From the NCBI GenBank assembly GCA_023485445.1, contig JAMCZT010000026.1:5708-69707 (forward strand): a stretch of DNA of 64,000 bases, written 5' to 3'. The first letter of the stretch is position 1. Each line of letters begins with the position of its first letter. The DNA is from Patescibacteria group bacterium (GTDB taxonomy: Bacteria; Patescibacteriota; Microgenomatia; Woykebacterales; 2-01-FULL-43-14). A program made the position numbers and the translations under genes. Shown one piece after another: positions 10,074 through 20,632 of the stretch. The notes under the pieces are model-generated. The model saw only the letters and a list, made by a program, of their open reading frames with translations, had not been told where the DNA came from and made no database searches.

Positions 10074-11828
10074 ATGTGTGGAATCTTTGGTTACGTGGGA
10101 AAAAAGAATAACGCTGCCGAGATTGTCCTCGAAGGCCTCAAAAGGTTGGAGTATCGTGGCTATGATTCTTGGGGTGTGGTTGTTGAAGATAAGGCTTGCT
10201 TGAGGGTGGAAAGAAAAGCGGGAAAAATTGGGGAAGCAAAAGTTTCTCTTCCCTCTTCTCACGTTGGTTTGGGACATACTCGCTGGGCGACTCACGGAGG
10301 AGTAACTGTCCAAAATTCCCACCCCCATTTAGACTGCACGGAAACGATCGCTCTGGTGCATAATGGGATAGTCGAAAACTTTTCCGAATTAAAAAAAGAA
10401 CTAAAGGAAAAACATCGATTTACCTCAGAAACAGATACTGAAGTTATTGTCCACTTACTGGAGGATTTGATCCAAACAAAAAATTTTTCTGAGGCAATGA
10501 GAGAAGCTTTTAAAAAGTTGATTGGCCTTAACGCAGTAGTTAGCCTAAAAGGCAACCAATTAGTGGTGGCGAAGAATGGATCACCAATTGTTTTAGGTTT
10601 TGGGGAGGGTGAATTTTTTGTTTCTTCGGATGCTTCGGCTATTTTACCTTACACCAAAAATGTCGCCTTCTTGGAAGATAACCAAGCGGCGGTTTTAGAT
10701 GCTTCAGGGATCAAGGTTTTTAATCTTTCAACTGGGGTAGAAATCGAGCCAAAGACCCAAAAATTAGATTGGGAGCCAGAAAGTGCGGAATTGGGAAATT
10801 TTCCGCATTTCATGGTAAAGGAAATTTATGAGCAGCCAAAGATCCTTGAAGGTATTATTAAGACTTCGAGTCGGCAAGTAGAAGAATTGGCGGATTTTAT
10901 CCGCTCTTCCTACGGAGCGTTTTTAGTTGGCTGCGGGACGGCTGCCCATGCGGCCTTGACGGGACAGTATCTTTTTTCAAGGATAGCTAAGCGCCACGTT
11001 AATTTTAACGTTGGCAGCGAATTCGGTTATCTGGAACATTTCTTAACACCAAGAAGTTTAGTTGTCGCTTTATCCCAAAGCGGAGAAACCATTGATATTA
11101 TTGATTCGATAAAGCTCGCGTTGGAAAAAGGAGCTAAGGTGGCTTCCCTAACCAATGTTTTAGGTTCGACTTTATACCGAATGAGCGATTATAAAATTCT
11201 TTTGGGCGCGGGGCCCGAAAAGAGCGTTTGCGCGACTAAGAGTTTCACGGCCAAGATCGCGCTTCTTTTCTTGATCGCCTCGCAGTTATCAGGAACCGGA
11301 AAGGAAGGGGTGAGGATTTTAGAGCAAACAGTTAGGGAAATAAAAAGGTTACTAGACAAAGAAACCGTGGAAAAAATCGAAAAGTTGGCGGAAAAAATTA
11401 AGGACAAAAACCATATTTATATCGTCGGACGAGGTTTAAGTTACCCCGTTTCGATGGAAGCCGCCTTAAAAATCAAGGAAGTCAGCTACATTCACGCCGA
11501 GGGATTTCCGGGTGGCGAACTGAAACACGGAGTGATCGCTCTAATTGAGCCAGAAACGCCCTGTCTCGTTTTTGCCCCTAACGATGAAACTTACGGGGGA
11601 ATCATTTCGGGAGCGATGGAGATGAAGGCTAGGGGTGGGCATATTATCGGAGTGAGTTTCAAAGACGCAGACGTTTTTGATGACTGGATAAAGGTAGAAG
11701 ACACGGGAGATGGGACAGCCATCACAAATTCGATTGTCGGTCAACTTTTGGCCTATTTCTTGGCCGTTAAGCGAAAGTGCGATCCTGATAAGCCTCGAAA
11801 TTTAGCAAAGAGTGTTACGGTTAAATAA
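10074..11828 (+). CDS. glmS: Glutamine--fructose-6-phosphate aminotransferase
   Basis: The MCGIFGY N-terminal nucleophile, two SIS domains, 584 aa. Confidence 0.95.
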   Translation: MCGIFGYVGKKNNAAEIVLEGLKRLEYRGYDSWGVVVEDKACLRVERKAGKIGEAKVSLPSSHVGLGHTRWATHGGVTVQNSHPHLDCTETIALVHNGIVENFSELKKELKEKHRFTSETDTEVIVHLLEDLIQTKNFSEAMREAFKKLIGLNAVVSLKGNQLVVAKNGSPIVLGFGEGEFFVSSDASAILPYTKNVAFLEDNQAAVLDASGIKVFNLSTGVEIEPKTQKLDWEPESAELGNFPHFMVKEIYEQPKILEGIIKTSSRQVEELADFIRSSYGAFLVGCGTAAHAALTGQYLFSRIAKRHVNFNVGSEFGYLEHFLTPRSLVVALSQSGETIDIIDSIKLALEKGAKVASLTNVLGSTLYRMSDYKILLGAGPEKSVCATKSFTAKIALLFLIASQLSGTGKEGVRILEQTVREIKRLLDKETVEKIEKLAEKIKDKNHIYIVGRGLSYPVSMEAALKIKEVSYIHAEGFPGGELKHGVIALIEPETPCLVFAPNDETYGGIISGAMEMKARGGHIIGVSFKDADVFDDWIKVEDTGDGTAITNSIVGQLLAYFLAVKRKCDPDKPRNLAKSVTVK

Positions 11829-11830
11829 TT

Positions 11831-13261
11831 ATGAAAACAAGTCAGAGGATAATAAAAAATTTTTTGTCTTTAACCGGGGCCGATATCATTGCTCGGCTGT
11901 TGAGTACTGTTTTGTCGGTTTACATCGCTAGAAGTATGGGAGCAAGTGTTTTTGGTCAGTTGGCTTTTGCTATTGCTTTCACTAATTACTTTAATCTTTT
12001 TTCTGATTTTGGTCTAACGACTTTAGGAATTAGAGAAATTGCCCGCGACAAGTCCCAAACCCCTTCGTTTGCGACAAATATTACTGCTTTGCAAGTCTGG
12101 TTATCTCTTATTTTGATTGGTGTTCTTGGTGGATTACTCTTTTTTATGCCCTTAGAAATCAACCTAAAATGGTTGACTTTCCTTGTCGGTTTGTCGATGC
12201 TGCCAGGAGCATTTAGTTTAACTTACGTTTTCCAAGCCTATGAAAAAATGGAATTTACGGCCCTTGTGCGGATTTTGACCCAGATACTGACGGTCGTGAC
12301 CGCTTTTGCGCTAATTTACTTCACTAAAAATATCTTAGCTCTTCCAATTGTCCAATTTCTGGTTGGTTTGCTCAGCGCCTTGCTCATCTATTATTTATTA
12401 AAACGCTTCATTTATTTTTCTTGGTCTCAAATAGAATTTGCAAAAATTAGGTTTTTGTTCCGCTTGGCGATTCCGTTTGTTATTTCAGGGCTGGCGATCC
12501 AAATTTATTACAGTCTTGATTCCATTATCCTTCAGTTTTTGAAAGGTTCCACTGTGGTTGGCTATTATAGTGCCGGCTATAAAGTTGTTTTGCTGTTGAT
12601 CGGTTTTGCCGGTTTTTTTCAAACAGCCATTTATCCTACGTTGACGAATTTTCTTAAAGCCGATCTAGAAAAAGCTAACGAGTTAGTAGCGCGCACTTCT
12701 AAGTTACTTATTTTTATCTGTTTACCGATTGCCGTAGGCGGCACCGTGTTGGCCCCAAAGATTATCAGTTTTCTTTATGGCAACGCTTACACCGAGAGTA
12801 TTTTACCGTTTCAAATCTTGATTTGGAGCATATTTACCATTTACGTTAATGTCAGTTTCGGAGCCACTTTACTGGCTGCAGGCAGGGAGAGGCAGTATAC
12901 CAAAAGTGCCGTGATGGGAGCAGCTCTAAATCTGATCTTTAATTTGGTTTTAATTCCAAAATTCAGTCTGGTGGGGGCCGCGATTGCCACGATGATTACC
13001 GAATTTTACGTCTTAATTTCGCTTTATTACTACAGTTCAAAAGTAATTAAAGTTTCGATACTTAAAAATTTAATTCAAGCTTTTTTTACGGCAGTCGCCA
13101 TGGGGGCCATTTTGGTTTTCTTGGATTTAAATGTTTTGGTTTTAATTACTTTAGGGGCAGTTTTATACTTCTCGGCGGTTTTTATTTTTAGATTCCTAGA
13201 TAAAAACGACTTCGATTTTATCCTAACCTTTTTTAGAGAAAGAGGAGTAATTCATGATTGA
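11831..13261 (+). CDS. Wzx-like oligosaccharide flippase (polysaccharide biosynthesis protein, MOP superfamily), copy 1
   Basis: 476 aa with about 12-14 TM helices. It is paralogous to the ORF at 17347-18765 (MKTSQRIIKNFLSL... versus MRTSQRVFKNFLSL...). Confidence 0.78.
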   Translation: MKTSQRIIKNFLSLTGADIIARLLSTVLSVYIARSMGASVFGQLAFAIAFTNYFNLFSDFGLTTLGIREIARDKSQTPSFATNITALQVWLSLILIGVLGGLLFFMPLEINLKWLTFLVGLSMLPGAFSLTYVFQAYEKMEFTALVRILTQILTVVTAFALIYFTKNILALPIVQFLVGLLSALLIYYLLKRFIYFSWSQIEFAKIRFLFRLAIPFVISGLAIQIYYSLDSIILQFLKGSTVVGYYSAGYKVVLLLIGFAGFFQTAIYPTLTNFLKADLEKANELVARTSKLLIFICLPIAVGGTVLAPKIISFLYGNAYTESILPFQILIWSIFTIYVNVSFGATLLAAGRERQYTKSAVMGAALNLIFNLVLIPKFSLVGAAIATMITEFYVLISLYYYSSKVIKVSILKNLIQAFFTAVAMGAILVFLDLNVLVLITLGAVLYFSAVFIFRFLDKNDFDFILTFFRERGVIHD

Positions 13262-13913
13262 GGATTTTTATAAGACGAAACAAGATCCATATTTTTCTGG
13301 CGTCCGAAGTGAACTCCTACCCTTTTTTGAGGGGAAAAATAAAAAGATTTTAGATGTCGGTTGTGGCACAGGGGCGATCTTGAGGGAATTGAAAAGATTA
13401 GGAATTGCTAAGGAAATAGTCGGGGTGGAGATACATAAGGAATCGGCTAAGGCGGCCGAAAAATTTCTGGATAAAGTTTTCGTTGGCAACGTTGAGGAAT
13501 TGACTCTGCCTTACAAAAATTATTTCGACTACATTATTTTAGCTGACGTTATTGAACACACCTCAGATCCATGGGAGACCGTTAATCGAGCGGTAGGTTA
13601 CTTAAAAAAAGATGGTTACTTAATTTTAAGTATCCCAAACATCCGGAACTGGCGGATATTTAGGGAAGTATTCCTTAAAGGTTCCTTTGAATACAAAGAA
13701 GCGGGTGTTATGGATCGAGGGCACTTGCGCTTTTTCACTAAAAAAAGCATTGAAAAATTGCTGTCGTGCTTAGATTTTAGAGTCGTAGATTTGAGAATCA
13801 ACGTTGCCTTTGACAATCGGAAACAGGACTGGCTAAATAGGTTGATGTTTGGCCAGTTGGGAAGGCTATTTATAGAGCAATATCTGGTAAAGGCCACTAG
13901 GAAGAAAAAATGA
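13254..13913 (+). CDS. Class I SAM-dependent methyltransferase
   Basis: ILDVGCGTGAIL motif I. Paralogous to 15551-16216. Confidence 0.7.
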   Translation: MIEDFYKTKQDPYFSGVRSELLPFFEGKNKKILDVGCGTGAILRELKRLGIAKEIVGVEIHKESAKAAEKFLDKVFVGNVEELTLPYKNYFDYIILADVIEHTSDPWETVNRAVGYLKKDGYLILSIPNIRNWRIFREVFLKGSFEYKEAGVMDRGHLRFFTKKSIEKLLSCLDFRVVDLRINVAFDNRKQDWLNRLMFGQLGRLFIEQYLVKATRKKK

Positions 13914-14734
13914 GTTTGGAATTGTCAATTATTATCGTCAATTGGAATACTAAAGAAGTAACGCTTGATTGTCTTAGATCGATTTATGGGCAAACTAAAA
14001 ATATAAGTTTTGAAATTATTCTAGTCGACAACGCTTCTTTTGATGGAAGTGTAGCCGCGATAAAAAAAGAATTTCCAGGGGTTGTGATAATCGAGAACCA
14101 GCAAAACGTTGGGTTTGCTCGGGCAAATAATCGAGGAATGAATAAGGCTAAAGGAAGATATTTTTTGCTTTTAAATAGCGATACGGTCGTTTTGGATAAG
14201 GCGTTGGAAGACTTGGTTGATTTCATGGACAAGAATCCTAAGGTGGGAGCGGTCAGTCCGAGATTGGTGGGGCGGGACGGGAAGATCCAACAATCAGCAG
14301 CAAAGTTTCCTTCCCTTTGGCATTACTTTAATGAGTATTTATTTAAAAAAATGACGGCTTGGTATCCAGAAGAAAAACTTTCTGACTTAGAAGTTGACAC
14401 GATAGCCGGGGCTTGCTTAATGGTTCGTAAAGAGGTAATCGATCAGATAGGTTCGCTTTGCGAAGACTATTTTATGTACAGCGAAGATGTGGATTTATGT
14501 TATAGAATTAAAAAGTCCGGTTGGATAGTAATGTCCCTAGCCCAGTTGCGAGTAATTCATTTAGGCGGCGAAAGTAGTGAGAAAGTAAAAAAGGAAATGG
14601 ATAGGAAATTATTGGAAAGCAGGATTATTTTTTTTAAGGAGGTTCATCCCCACTGGGAAGTTTTTGCTCTAAAGCTTATAATGGCGATAGGGGGTTTAAG
14701 AAATGCCCTGAGGGATTTTGTTAATTATGAGTAA
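13910..14734 (+). CDS. GT2 glycosyltransferase (rhamnosyltransferase/WbbL-like subfamily)
   Basis: IIVNWNTKE...LVDNASFDGS...NVGFARANN. Paralogous to 31736-32650 and 20633-21547. Confidence 0.8.
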   Translation: MSLELSIIIVNWNTKEVTLDCLRSIYGQTKNISFEIILVDNASFDGSVAAIKKEFPGVVIIENQQNVGFARANNRGMNKAKGRYFLLLNSDTVVLDKALEDLVDFMDKNPKVGAVSPRLVGRDGKIQQSAAKFPSLWHYFNEYLFKKMTAWYPEEKLSDLEVDTIAGACLMVRKEVIDQIGSLCEDYFMYSEDVDLCYRIKKSGWIVMSLAQLRVIHLGGESSEKVKKEMDRKLLESRIIFFKEVHPHWEVFALKLIMAIGGLRNALRDFVNYE

Positions 14735-15479
14735 ATTATCAGTTTTAGTTATTACTAAAAATGAAGAGGAACATCTCTCAGATTGTTTGGAGTCTGTAAG
14801 ATGGGCCGATGAAATCGTGGTGGTTGATTCTGGCAGCACTGATAAGACAGAAGAGATTGCCAAAAAGTATACCAAGGAAGTTTATTATAATGAATGGCTG
14901 GGTTACTCGGAGCAAAAAAATTGGGGTGCCCAGAAATGCCGTAATGACTGGGTTTTATGTTTAGATGCTGACGAGCGCATATCCCTAGAGCTTCGGACGG
15001 AAATAGAAGAAGCCTTGGAAGAAAAAAACTTTAACGGTTATTTTCTTCCAACCAAAGATTTTATCTTTGGCAAATGGATTCTCCACGGAAAATGGTCTCC
15101 CCAAGAACATATACGTTTATACAAAAAAAGTAAAGGTAGCTGGACAAAAGATGTGCATGAAGTAGTGCAAGTTAATGGTGGGGTGGGTCATCTAAAGAAC
15201 CCTATTCTTCACGTTGGCCACACCGATGTTTCGGAATTTATTTCCAAATTAAATTTATACACGCAAAAAGAAGCCGACGATCGGTTTAAGGCGGGGGAAA
15301 AAATTAGTATAGGGAAATTAGTTTTCAATAGCTTTAGAGCTTTTTTAAGAGAGTATGTAAAAGGACAAGGTTATAAAGACGGAGAGCATGGCTTTGTTTT
15401 AGCAGTACTGATGTCTTTTTACCAATTTAGTAAAGACGTCAAGCTTTGGGAACATTGGTACAAAAAAGGGCACACGTAA
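14718..15479 (+). CDS. GT2 glycosyltransferase (KdtX/WaaE-like subfamily)
   Basis: LVITKNEEEHLSDCLESV...VVVDSGSTDKT. Paralogous to 25839-26591. Confidence 0.75.
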   Translation: MLIMSKLSVLVITKNEEEHLSDCLESVRWADEIVVVDSGSTDKTEEIAKKYTKEVYYNEWLGYSEQKNWGAQKCRNDWVLCLDADERISLELRTEIEEALEEKNFNGYFLPTKDFIFGKWILHGKWSPQEHIRLYKKSKGSWTKDVHEVVQVNGGVGHLKNPILHVGHTDVSEFISKLNLYTQKEADDRFKAGEKISIGKLVFNSFRAFLREYVKGQGYKDGEHGFVLAVLMSFYQFSKDVKLWEHWYKKGHT

Positions 15480-15550
15480 TTGAAATTTTTATTAGAGCGA
15501 AAGGAATTGTTCATAAACCAGCAAAAATAAGATTTATTGAGGGGGCGAAA

Positions 15551-16216
15551 ATGATTGAAAAATTTTACACGACTAAAAAAGACGGATATTTTGGTGTTTC
15601 TAGAAATGAATTACTACCATTTTTTGAAGGTAAGAGGAAAAAGATTTTAGAAATTGGCTGTGGTGAGGGGGCAACGTTAACGACTTTGAAAGAACTTGGC
15701 GTTGCCTCTGAAACAGTGGGAATAGAGATAAATAAAGAATCGGTCGAGGTCGCAAGAAGAAATCTTGATAAGATACTTCCAGGAAATATAGAGGAAATGG
15801 ATTTGCCCTATAGCAATTACTTCGATTATATTATTCTTGCCGATATTCTAGAACACCTAACTGACCCCTGGTCGTTGATTAATAAAATCAAGAACTACTT
15901 AAAAAGAGATGGCCGCATTGTAGCTAGTATTCCGAATATTCGAAACTACATGCTTATTAAGCCTCTTCTTATCAAAGGTGAGTGGCGTTATGAGGACTCC
16001 GGTCTTCTTGATAAAGGACATCTTAGGTTTTTTACCAGAGAACAAATAAAAGAAATGTTTGAAGCGGAGGGTTTTACCCTCGAAAAAATAGATTATAATA
16101 AAAATCCTTGGCGCCTTAAACATAAGATTTTTGATTTTTTGACTGGACATAAGTTCAGCGATCTTTTTGTGACTCAATTTTACTTGAAAGCTCAGTTAAA
16201 AAGAGGTTCAAAATGA
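15551..16216 (+). CDS. Class I SAM-dependent methyltransferase (paralog of 13254-13913)
   Basis: Start taken at the internal ATG (MIEKFYTTKKDGYF...) preceded by gagggggcg. The ILEIGCGEGATL motif is present. The track ORF begins at 15446, but that part overlaps the upstream gene. Confidence 0.7.
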   Translation: MIEKFYTTKKDGYFGVSRNELLPFFEGKRKKILEIGCGEGATLTTLKELGVASETVGIEINKESVEVARRNLDKILPGNIEEMDLPYSNYFDYIILADILEHLTDPWSLINKIKNYLKRDGRIVASIPNIRNYMLIKPLLIKGEWRYEDSGLLDKGHLRFFTREQIKEMFEAEGFTLEKIDYNKNPWRLKHKIFDFLTGHKFSDLFVTQFYLKAQLKRGSK

Positions 16217-17343
16217 CTCATGTAATGTCAATTTTGGGGACAAGGCCGGAAGCGATAAAAATGGCTCCAGTAATCAAAGAGTTAGAGAAGTATCCTGCTA
16301 AAATTAGGTCTACGGTTGTTGTTACTGCCCAGCATCGAGAGATGTTAGATCAAGTGCTTGGTATCTTCGATATTAAACCAGATTATGATTTAAACATAAT
16401 GAGTTCTAATCAAACTTTAGCTGATGTAACAATTAAAGTTCTGAAAGGGATGGAGGAAATTTTTTCTAAGGATCGACCAGACGTGGTATTAGTTCAAGGA
16501 GATACTACAACAGTTTTAGCGGGCGCATTAGCGGCCTTTTACCATAAGATAAAAATAGGTCACGTTGAAGCTGGCCTTCGAACTAACAATCTCCAAAACC
16601 CCTGGCCAGAGGAAATGAATAGGCGGGTCGTTGACAGTTTTGCGGATTTTTACTTTTGTCCAACTATACTAGGAAAACAAAACTTGATAAAAGAGGGAAT
16701 TCCAGAAAAGAAGATTTTTGTTACCGGCAACACTGTTATTGACGCCTTATTATGGGTTGCCAATCAGTCATACGAGATTACGAACGATTCTCTAAAAACT
16801 GTTGATTTCTCTAATAAGAAAATTATCTTGTTAACTACCCATCGACGAGAAAATTACCTAAGCGGGGGAATGAAGGAAATCTACGAAGCGATCAAGGAAA
16901 TTCTAAAAAAGCATCAAGATGTTGAAGTAGTATTTCCTGTTCATTTAAATCCAAACGTCCGAAAATTAGCTCATGAAAAATTGGATAATAATAATCCGAG
17001 AGTGCACTTAGTGGATCCCTTGGATTATAGAGATTTGGTAAAATTAATGAAGTCTTCATGTATTGTTTTAACTGATTCAGGAGGAATTCAAGAAGAGGCT
17101 CCTTCTCTAGGAAAACCAGTGGTTATTTTACGCGAAACAACAGAGAGACCGGAGGGAATTGAAGCTGGCACGGCTATTTTAGCAGGAACGAGACAGGTTA
17201 ATATTTTTGAAATTGTCGATAAGTTACTTTCAGATAAAGTGTTTTATGGTAAGATGTCTAATGCAGTTAATCCTTATGGAGATGGGAAATCTGCCTGGCG
17301 GATTGTTGATATAATTAAGAGGTCATTTGAGGAACTAACTTAA
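16213..17343 (+). CDS. wecB: UDP-N-acetylglucosamine 2-epimerase (non-hydrolysing)
   Basis: MSILGTRPEAIKMAPVIKEL...HVEAGLRT is the canonical WecB/MnaA pattern. Confidence 0.92.
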   Translation: MTHVMSILGTRPEAIKMAPVIKELEKYPAKIRSTVVVTAQHREMLDQVLGIFDIKPDYDLNIMSSNQTLADVTIKVLKGMEEIFSKDRPDVVLVQGDTTTVLAGALAAFYHKIKIGHVEAGLRTNNLQNPWPEEMNRRVVDSFADFYFCPTILGKQNLIKEGIPEKKIFVTGNTVIDALLWVANQSYEITNDSLKTVDFSNKKIILLTTHRRENYLSGGMKEIYEAIKEILKKHQDVEVVFPVHLNPNVRKLAHEKLDNNNPRVHLVDPLDYRDLVKLMKSSCIVLTDSGGIQEEAPSLGKPVVILRETTERPEGIEAGTAILAGTRQVNIFEIVDKLLSDKVFYGKMSNAVNPYGDGKSAWRIVDIIKRSFEELT

Positions 17344-17346
17344 CTT

Positions 17347-18765
17347 ATGAGAACTAGCCAGCGAGTGTTTAAAAATTTTCTTTCTTTGGGTTTTGCCGAA
17401 GTTGTCACAAGGGTTTTAAGTACTATTTTAACAATATATATTGCTCGTAGTTTGGGTGCTAATGTTTTTGGCCAACTGGCTTTCGCGACGGCTTTCACGT
17501 CATACTTTGCCCTTTTTTCAGATTTTGGTTTAACTACTTTGGGTATCCGTGAAATCGCTAAAGATAGATCGAAAACTAACTATCTAGCTACAAATATTAC
17601 CGTTTTACAAATTGGTTTAGCAGTATTGTTAACAACTTTGATGGGAGTGTTATTAATTTTTATCCCATTAAACATTAACTTAAAGTTATTGACTTTTCTC
17701 TTTGGTTTATCGATGATTCCAAATGCTTTGAGTTTAGGTTACGTCTTTGAAGCTCACGAGCGTATGGAGTTTACTGCCGTATCTAGAATAGCAATTCAAG
17801 TAATTACTTTAATTATCGCCTTTGTTTTTATTTACCTCACAAAAAATATACTAGTAGTACCCTTTGCGCAGTTTTTATCAGGATTAATTGCCGTTATTTT
17901 GGTTTTTATCCTTTTAAGAATGCACTTATCTTTTTCCCTAACCAGGATTGATCTAGAAAAAACTAAGGTTTTATTTTACCAAGCAATTCCTTTCGTTGTG
18001 GCAACTTTATCCACTAATCTTTATTACACATTTGATTCAGTTTTTATACAGTTTGCAAAAGGATCAGAGGCTGTAGGGTATTATAGTGCCGGATACAAAA
18101 TTGTTTTGTTATTGGTTAGCATTGCGCGATTTTTTCAAGCGGCTATATATCCGACTTTGACTAGTCTCTTAAAAAGTAATCCAGAGAAAGTTAATAGTTT
18201 AATTAATCAAACTTCTAAGCTTCTTATTTTCTTATCTGTGCCTCTCGCCGTTGGCGGTACTGTTCTAGCTAGGCCTATTATTGATACTATTTATGGGGAG
18301 GCTTATCAACAGAGCGTGTTGCCTTTTCAAGTCTTAATTTGGAGTATTTTTACAATTTTTGTAAACGTTAGTTTCGGTACTTTCCTTTTAGCCAGTGGCC
18401 ACGAAAAACAATATATGAAGAGTACGGTGGTAGGCTCCCTTCTAAACATAGTTTTTATTTCCTTACTTATACCGACTCTTGGTTTGTTTGGGGCGGCTTT
18501 GGCGACAATGGTTACTGAGTTTTACGTTTTAGCCTCTTTTTATTATTATACTAGGAAAATTATAAAGGTTGGAGTCTTGAAAAAAATTGGTCAAGCATTT
18601 TTTGCTGCATTACTAATGGCCTTTGTTTTGATTTTCTTAAATTTGAATATTTACTTTTTAATAATAACTGGGGCTGGAGTATATCTTGTGTTAATTATAC
18701 TCTTAGGGTTTATAGAAAAGAGTGATATACTCTTCCTTTTCTCAATTTTGAAAAGAACAAAGTAA
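17347..18765 (+). CDS. Wzx-like oligosaccharide flippase, copy 2
   Basis: 472-aa multi-TM protein, paralogous to 11831-13261. Confidence 0.78.
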   Translation: MRTSQRVFKNFLSLGFAEVVTRVLSTILTIYIARSLGANVFGQLAFATAFTSYFALFSDFGLTTLGIREIAKDRSKTNYLATNITVLQIGLAVLLTTLMGVLLIFIPLNINLKLLTFLFGLSMIPNALSLGYVFEAHERMEFTAVSRIAIQVITLIIAFVFIYLTKNILVVPFAQFLSGLIAVILVFILLRMHLSFSLTRIDLEKTKVLFYQAIPFVVATLSTNLYYTFDSVFIQFAKGSEAVGYYSAGYKIVLLLVSIARFFQAAIYPTLTSLLKSNPEKVNSLINQTSKLLIFLSVPLAVGGTVLARPIIDTIYGEAYQQSVLPFQVLIWSIFTIFVNVSFGTFLLASGHEKQYMKSTVVGSLLNIVFISLLIPTLGLFGAALATMVTEFYVLASFYYYTRKIIKVGVLKKIGQAFFAALLMAFVLIFLNLNIYFLIITGAGVYLVLIILLGFIEKSDILFLFSILKRTK

Positions 18766-18796
18766 CATAATTTTTAAGAGAGGTAAAATAAAAACC

Positions 18797-19480
18797 ATGA
18801 ACAAGCATAGTCAGCAAAACAAAACATTCTTTACAAAATGGAACATGGATTTGAGAGAGTCTAGGTTTAAGCGGATTATCGAACTTTTGGTAGGGGAAAA
18901 GCCTGGAAAGATTCTTGATGTTGGCTGCTCTTCAGGAGATTTCGTGGCTGGTTTTGCTGACCTTGGTTGGGAGCCCTTCGGGTTAGAAATCAGTAATCAG
19001 AAAGTGGCAGAAGCCAAGAAAAAGGGCGTTAATTGTCAGGTAGGGGACGTTTCAGAAGAATTGCCGTTTAAAGATAATACTTTTAAGGCGATAATTGCCG
19101 GAGAAATAATTGAACACTTAGTAGATACGGATGCTTTTATAAAAGAGCTACATCGGATCTTGAAAAAGGATGGGGTAGTTATTATTACTACCCCTAATCT
19201 TGCAAGCTTGGAAAATAGGGTTAGGCTTTTGTTTGGTAAGTATCCTCGGTGGGTGGATTATAAAATTGAGTCTTACGGGCATGTTCGCTCCTACACTCCG
19301 AAAGCCCTAAAAAGGCATCTAACTGATAACGGGTTCAAGGTGGAGGCTCACACTGGTAATTTTATTCCCCCTCTTTCTCAAGAAATTGGTGACGATGTGA
19401 AGTGGCCTTGGTTGGCTAAAACTGGAAAAATATTTCCTTCTTTGGCAATGGATATTATTATGAAAGCGAGAAAACCTTAA
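18797..19480 (+). CDS. Class I SAM-dependent methyltransferase
   Basis: ILDVGCSSGDF motif I and Methyltransf_11-like architecture. Confidence 0.7.
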   Translation: MNKHSQQNKTFFTKWNMDLRESRFKRIIELLVGEKPGKILDVGCSSGDFVAGFADLGWEPFGLEISNQKVAEAKKKGVNCQVGDVSEELPFKDNTFKAIIAGEIIEHLVDTDAFIKELHRILKKDGVVIITTPNLASLENRVRLLFGKYPRWVDYKIESYGHVRSYTPKALKRHLTDNGFKVEAHTGNFIPPLSQEIGDDVKWPWLAKTGKIFPSLAMDIIMKARKP

Positions 19481-20622
19481 TGGAAAAGGTGGCCATAATT
19501 CGTGGTTCAAACTTGAACAAGTTTGAGATGCAAAATTACGAGCCGTTGCTAACCGATTATGAGTTAGTGGGTTTCACAACCACGAAGCATAATTATGATA
19601 CTTCAGCAATTAAATTTCCCGTTATTTATCTCCGTTCCCTTGCCGAAACAGGTTGCCGGTTTCGGAGAGTCCACAAATTAATCGCCAAAAAACTGGGAAA
19701 TGAAGACTACCTTTTTGGTTTAGAGGAACAACTTAAAGGGTTTGACCTAGTTCATACCGCAGAATTGTATACAAGTTATACTAAGCAAGCGTTGAAAGTG
19801 AAAAGATTAGGTTACGTTAAAAAAGTCGTTACGACCGTTTGGGAAAATATTCCCTTTTTGGAATATCGAGATCCTAGCCGTCGACTTATAAAAGATTGGG
19901 AAGAAATTGACCACTTTTGTGTTACTTCAGAAAGAGCGAGGGAAATGTTGATTTTTTATGGAGTAAATAAAGATAAGATTTCGGTTATAATGCCGGGTAT
20001 TGATACCCAACATTTTTCTACTCGAGAAGAAAATTCAGTTCGGAAAAGTTTAAAAATCTCCAAAGACGCGTTTGTTATCATGTCCTCAGGTCGACTAGTC
20101 TGGGAAAAAGGGATGTTAAATATAGTCTTAGCTCTAAAAAAAATTCTTTCGATTAGGCAAAATCTAGATGCCCACCTTGTTTTGGTTGGTTCTGGACCAG
20201 AGGAATCTTTAATTAAATTAGTCGTAAAGAACCTTAATCTTACAAAAAGAGTTCACTTTCTTACCGCCCCTTATGAAAAAATGCCTAATTATTACGCCGC
20301 CTCGGATGTTTTTATTTTACCGAGTATTCCGACTCCGATTTGGCAAGAGCAGTTTGGAATGGTTTTTGCCGAAGCAATGGCTTGTGGGAAAGTGGTTATT
20401 GGTGGATTGAGTGGTTCCATTCCAGAGGTAATTGATAAAGCCGGGCTGCTGGTTCAGCCGGCTGACTGGTATGATATTTATGAAAAACTAGATTTTGTAA
20501 TTTCTAATCCAGATAAAATGAACGATTTAAAAAAGAAAGCTCGCACCAGAGCGGAGAATAACTTTTCCAATAAAGTTGTAGCGGAAAAAATAGAAAAAGT
20601 TTATAAAAAGGTTTTAAATTAA
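19480..20622 (+). CDS. GT4 (GT-B fold) glycosyltransferase
   Basis: The C-terminal EQFGMVFAEAMACGKVVIG block is typical of GT4. Confidence 0.8.
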   Translation: MEKVAIIRGSNLNKFEMQNYEPLLTDYELVGFTTTKHNYDTSAIKFPVIYLRSLAETGCRFRRVHKLIAKKLGNEDYLFGLEEQLKGFDLVHTAELYTSYTKQALKVKRLGYVKKVVTTVWENIPFLEYRDPSRRLIKDWEEIDHFCVTSERAREMLIFYGVNKDKISVIMPGIDTQHFSTREENSVRKSLKISKDAFVIMSSGRLVWEKGMLNIVLALKKILSIRQNLDAHLVLVGSGPEESLIKLVVKNLNLTKRVHFLTAPYEKMPNYYAASDVFILPSIPTPIWQEQFGMVFAEAMACGKVVIGGLSGSIPEVIDKAGLLVQPADWYDIYEKLDFVISNPDKMNDLKKKARTRAENNFSNKVVAEKIEKVYKKVLN

Positions 20623-20632
20623 GGTTGTAATT

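Noticed and set aside
15446-15550. Upstream extension of the methyltransferase ORF (track start 15446)
   Set aside because: This part overlaps the preceding GT2 gene by 34 nt. The paralog alignment and the RBS gagggggcg support the internal ATG at 15551.
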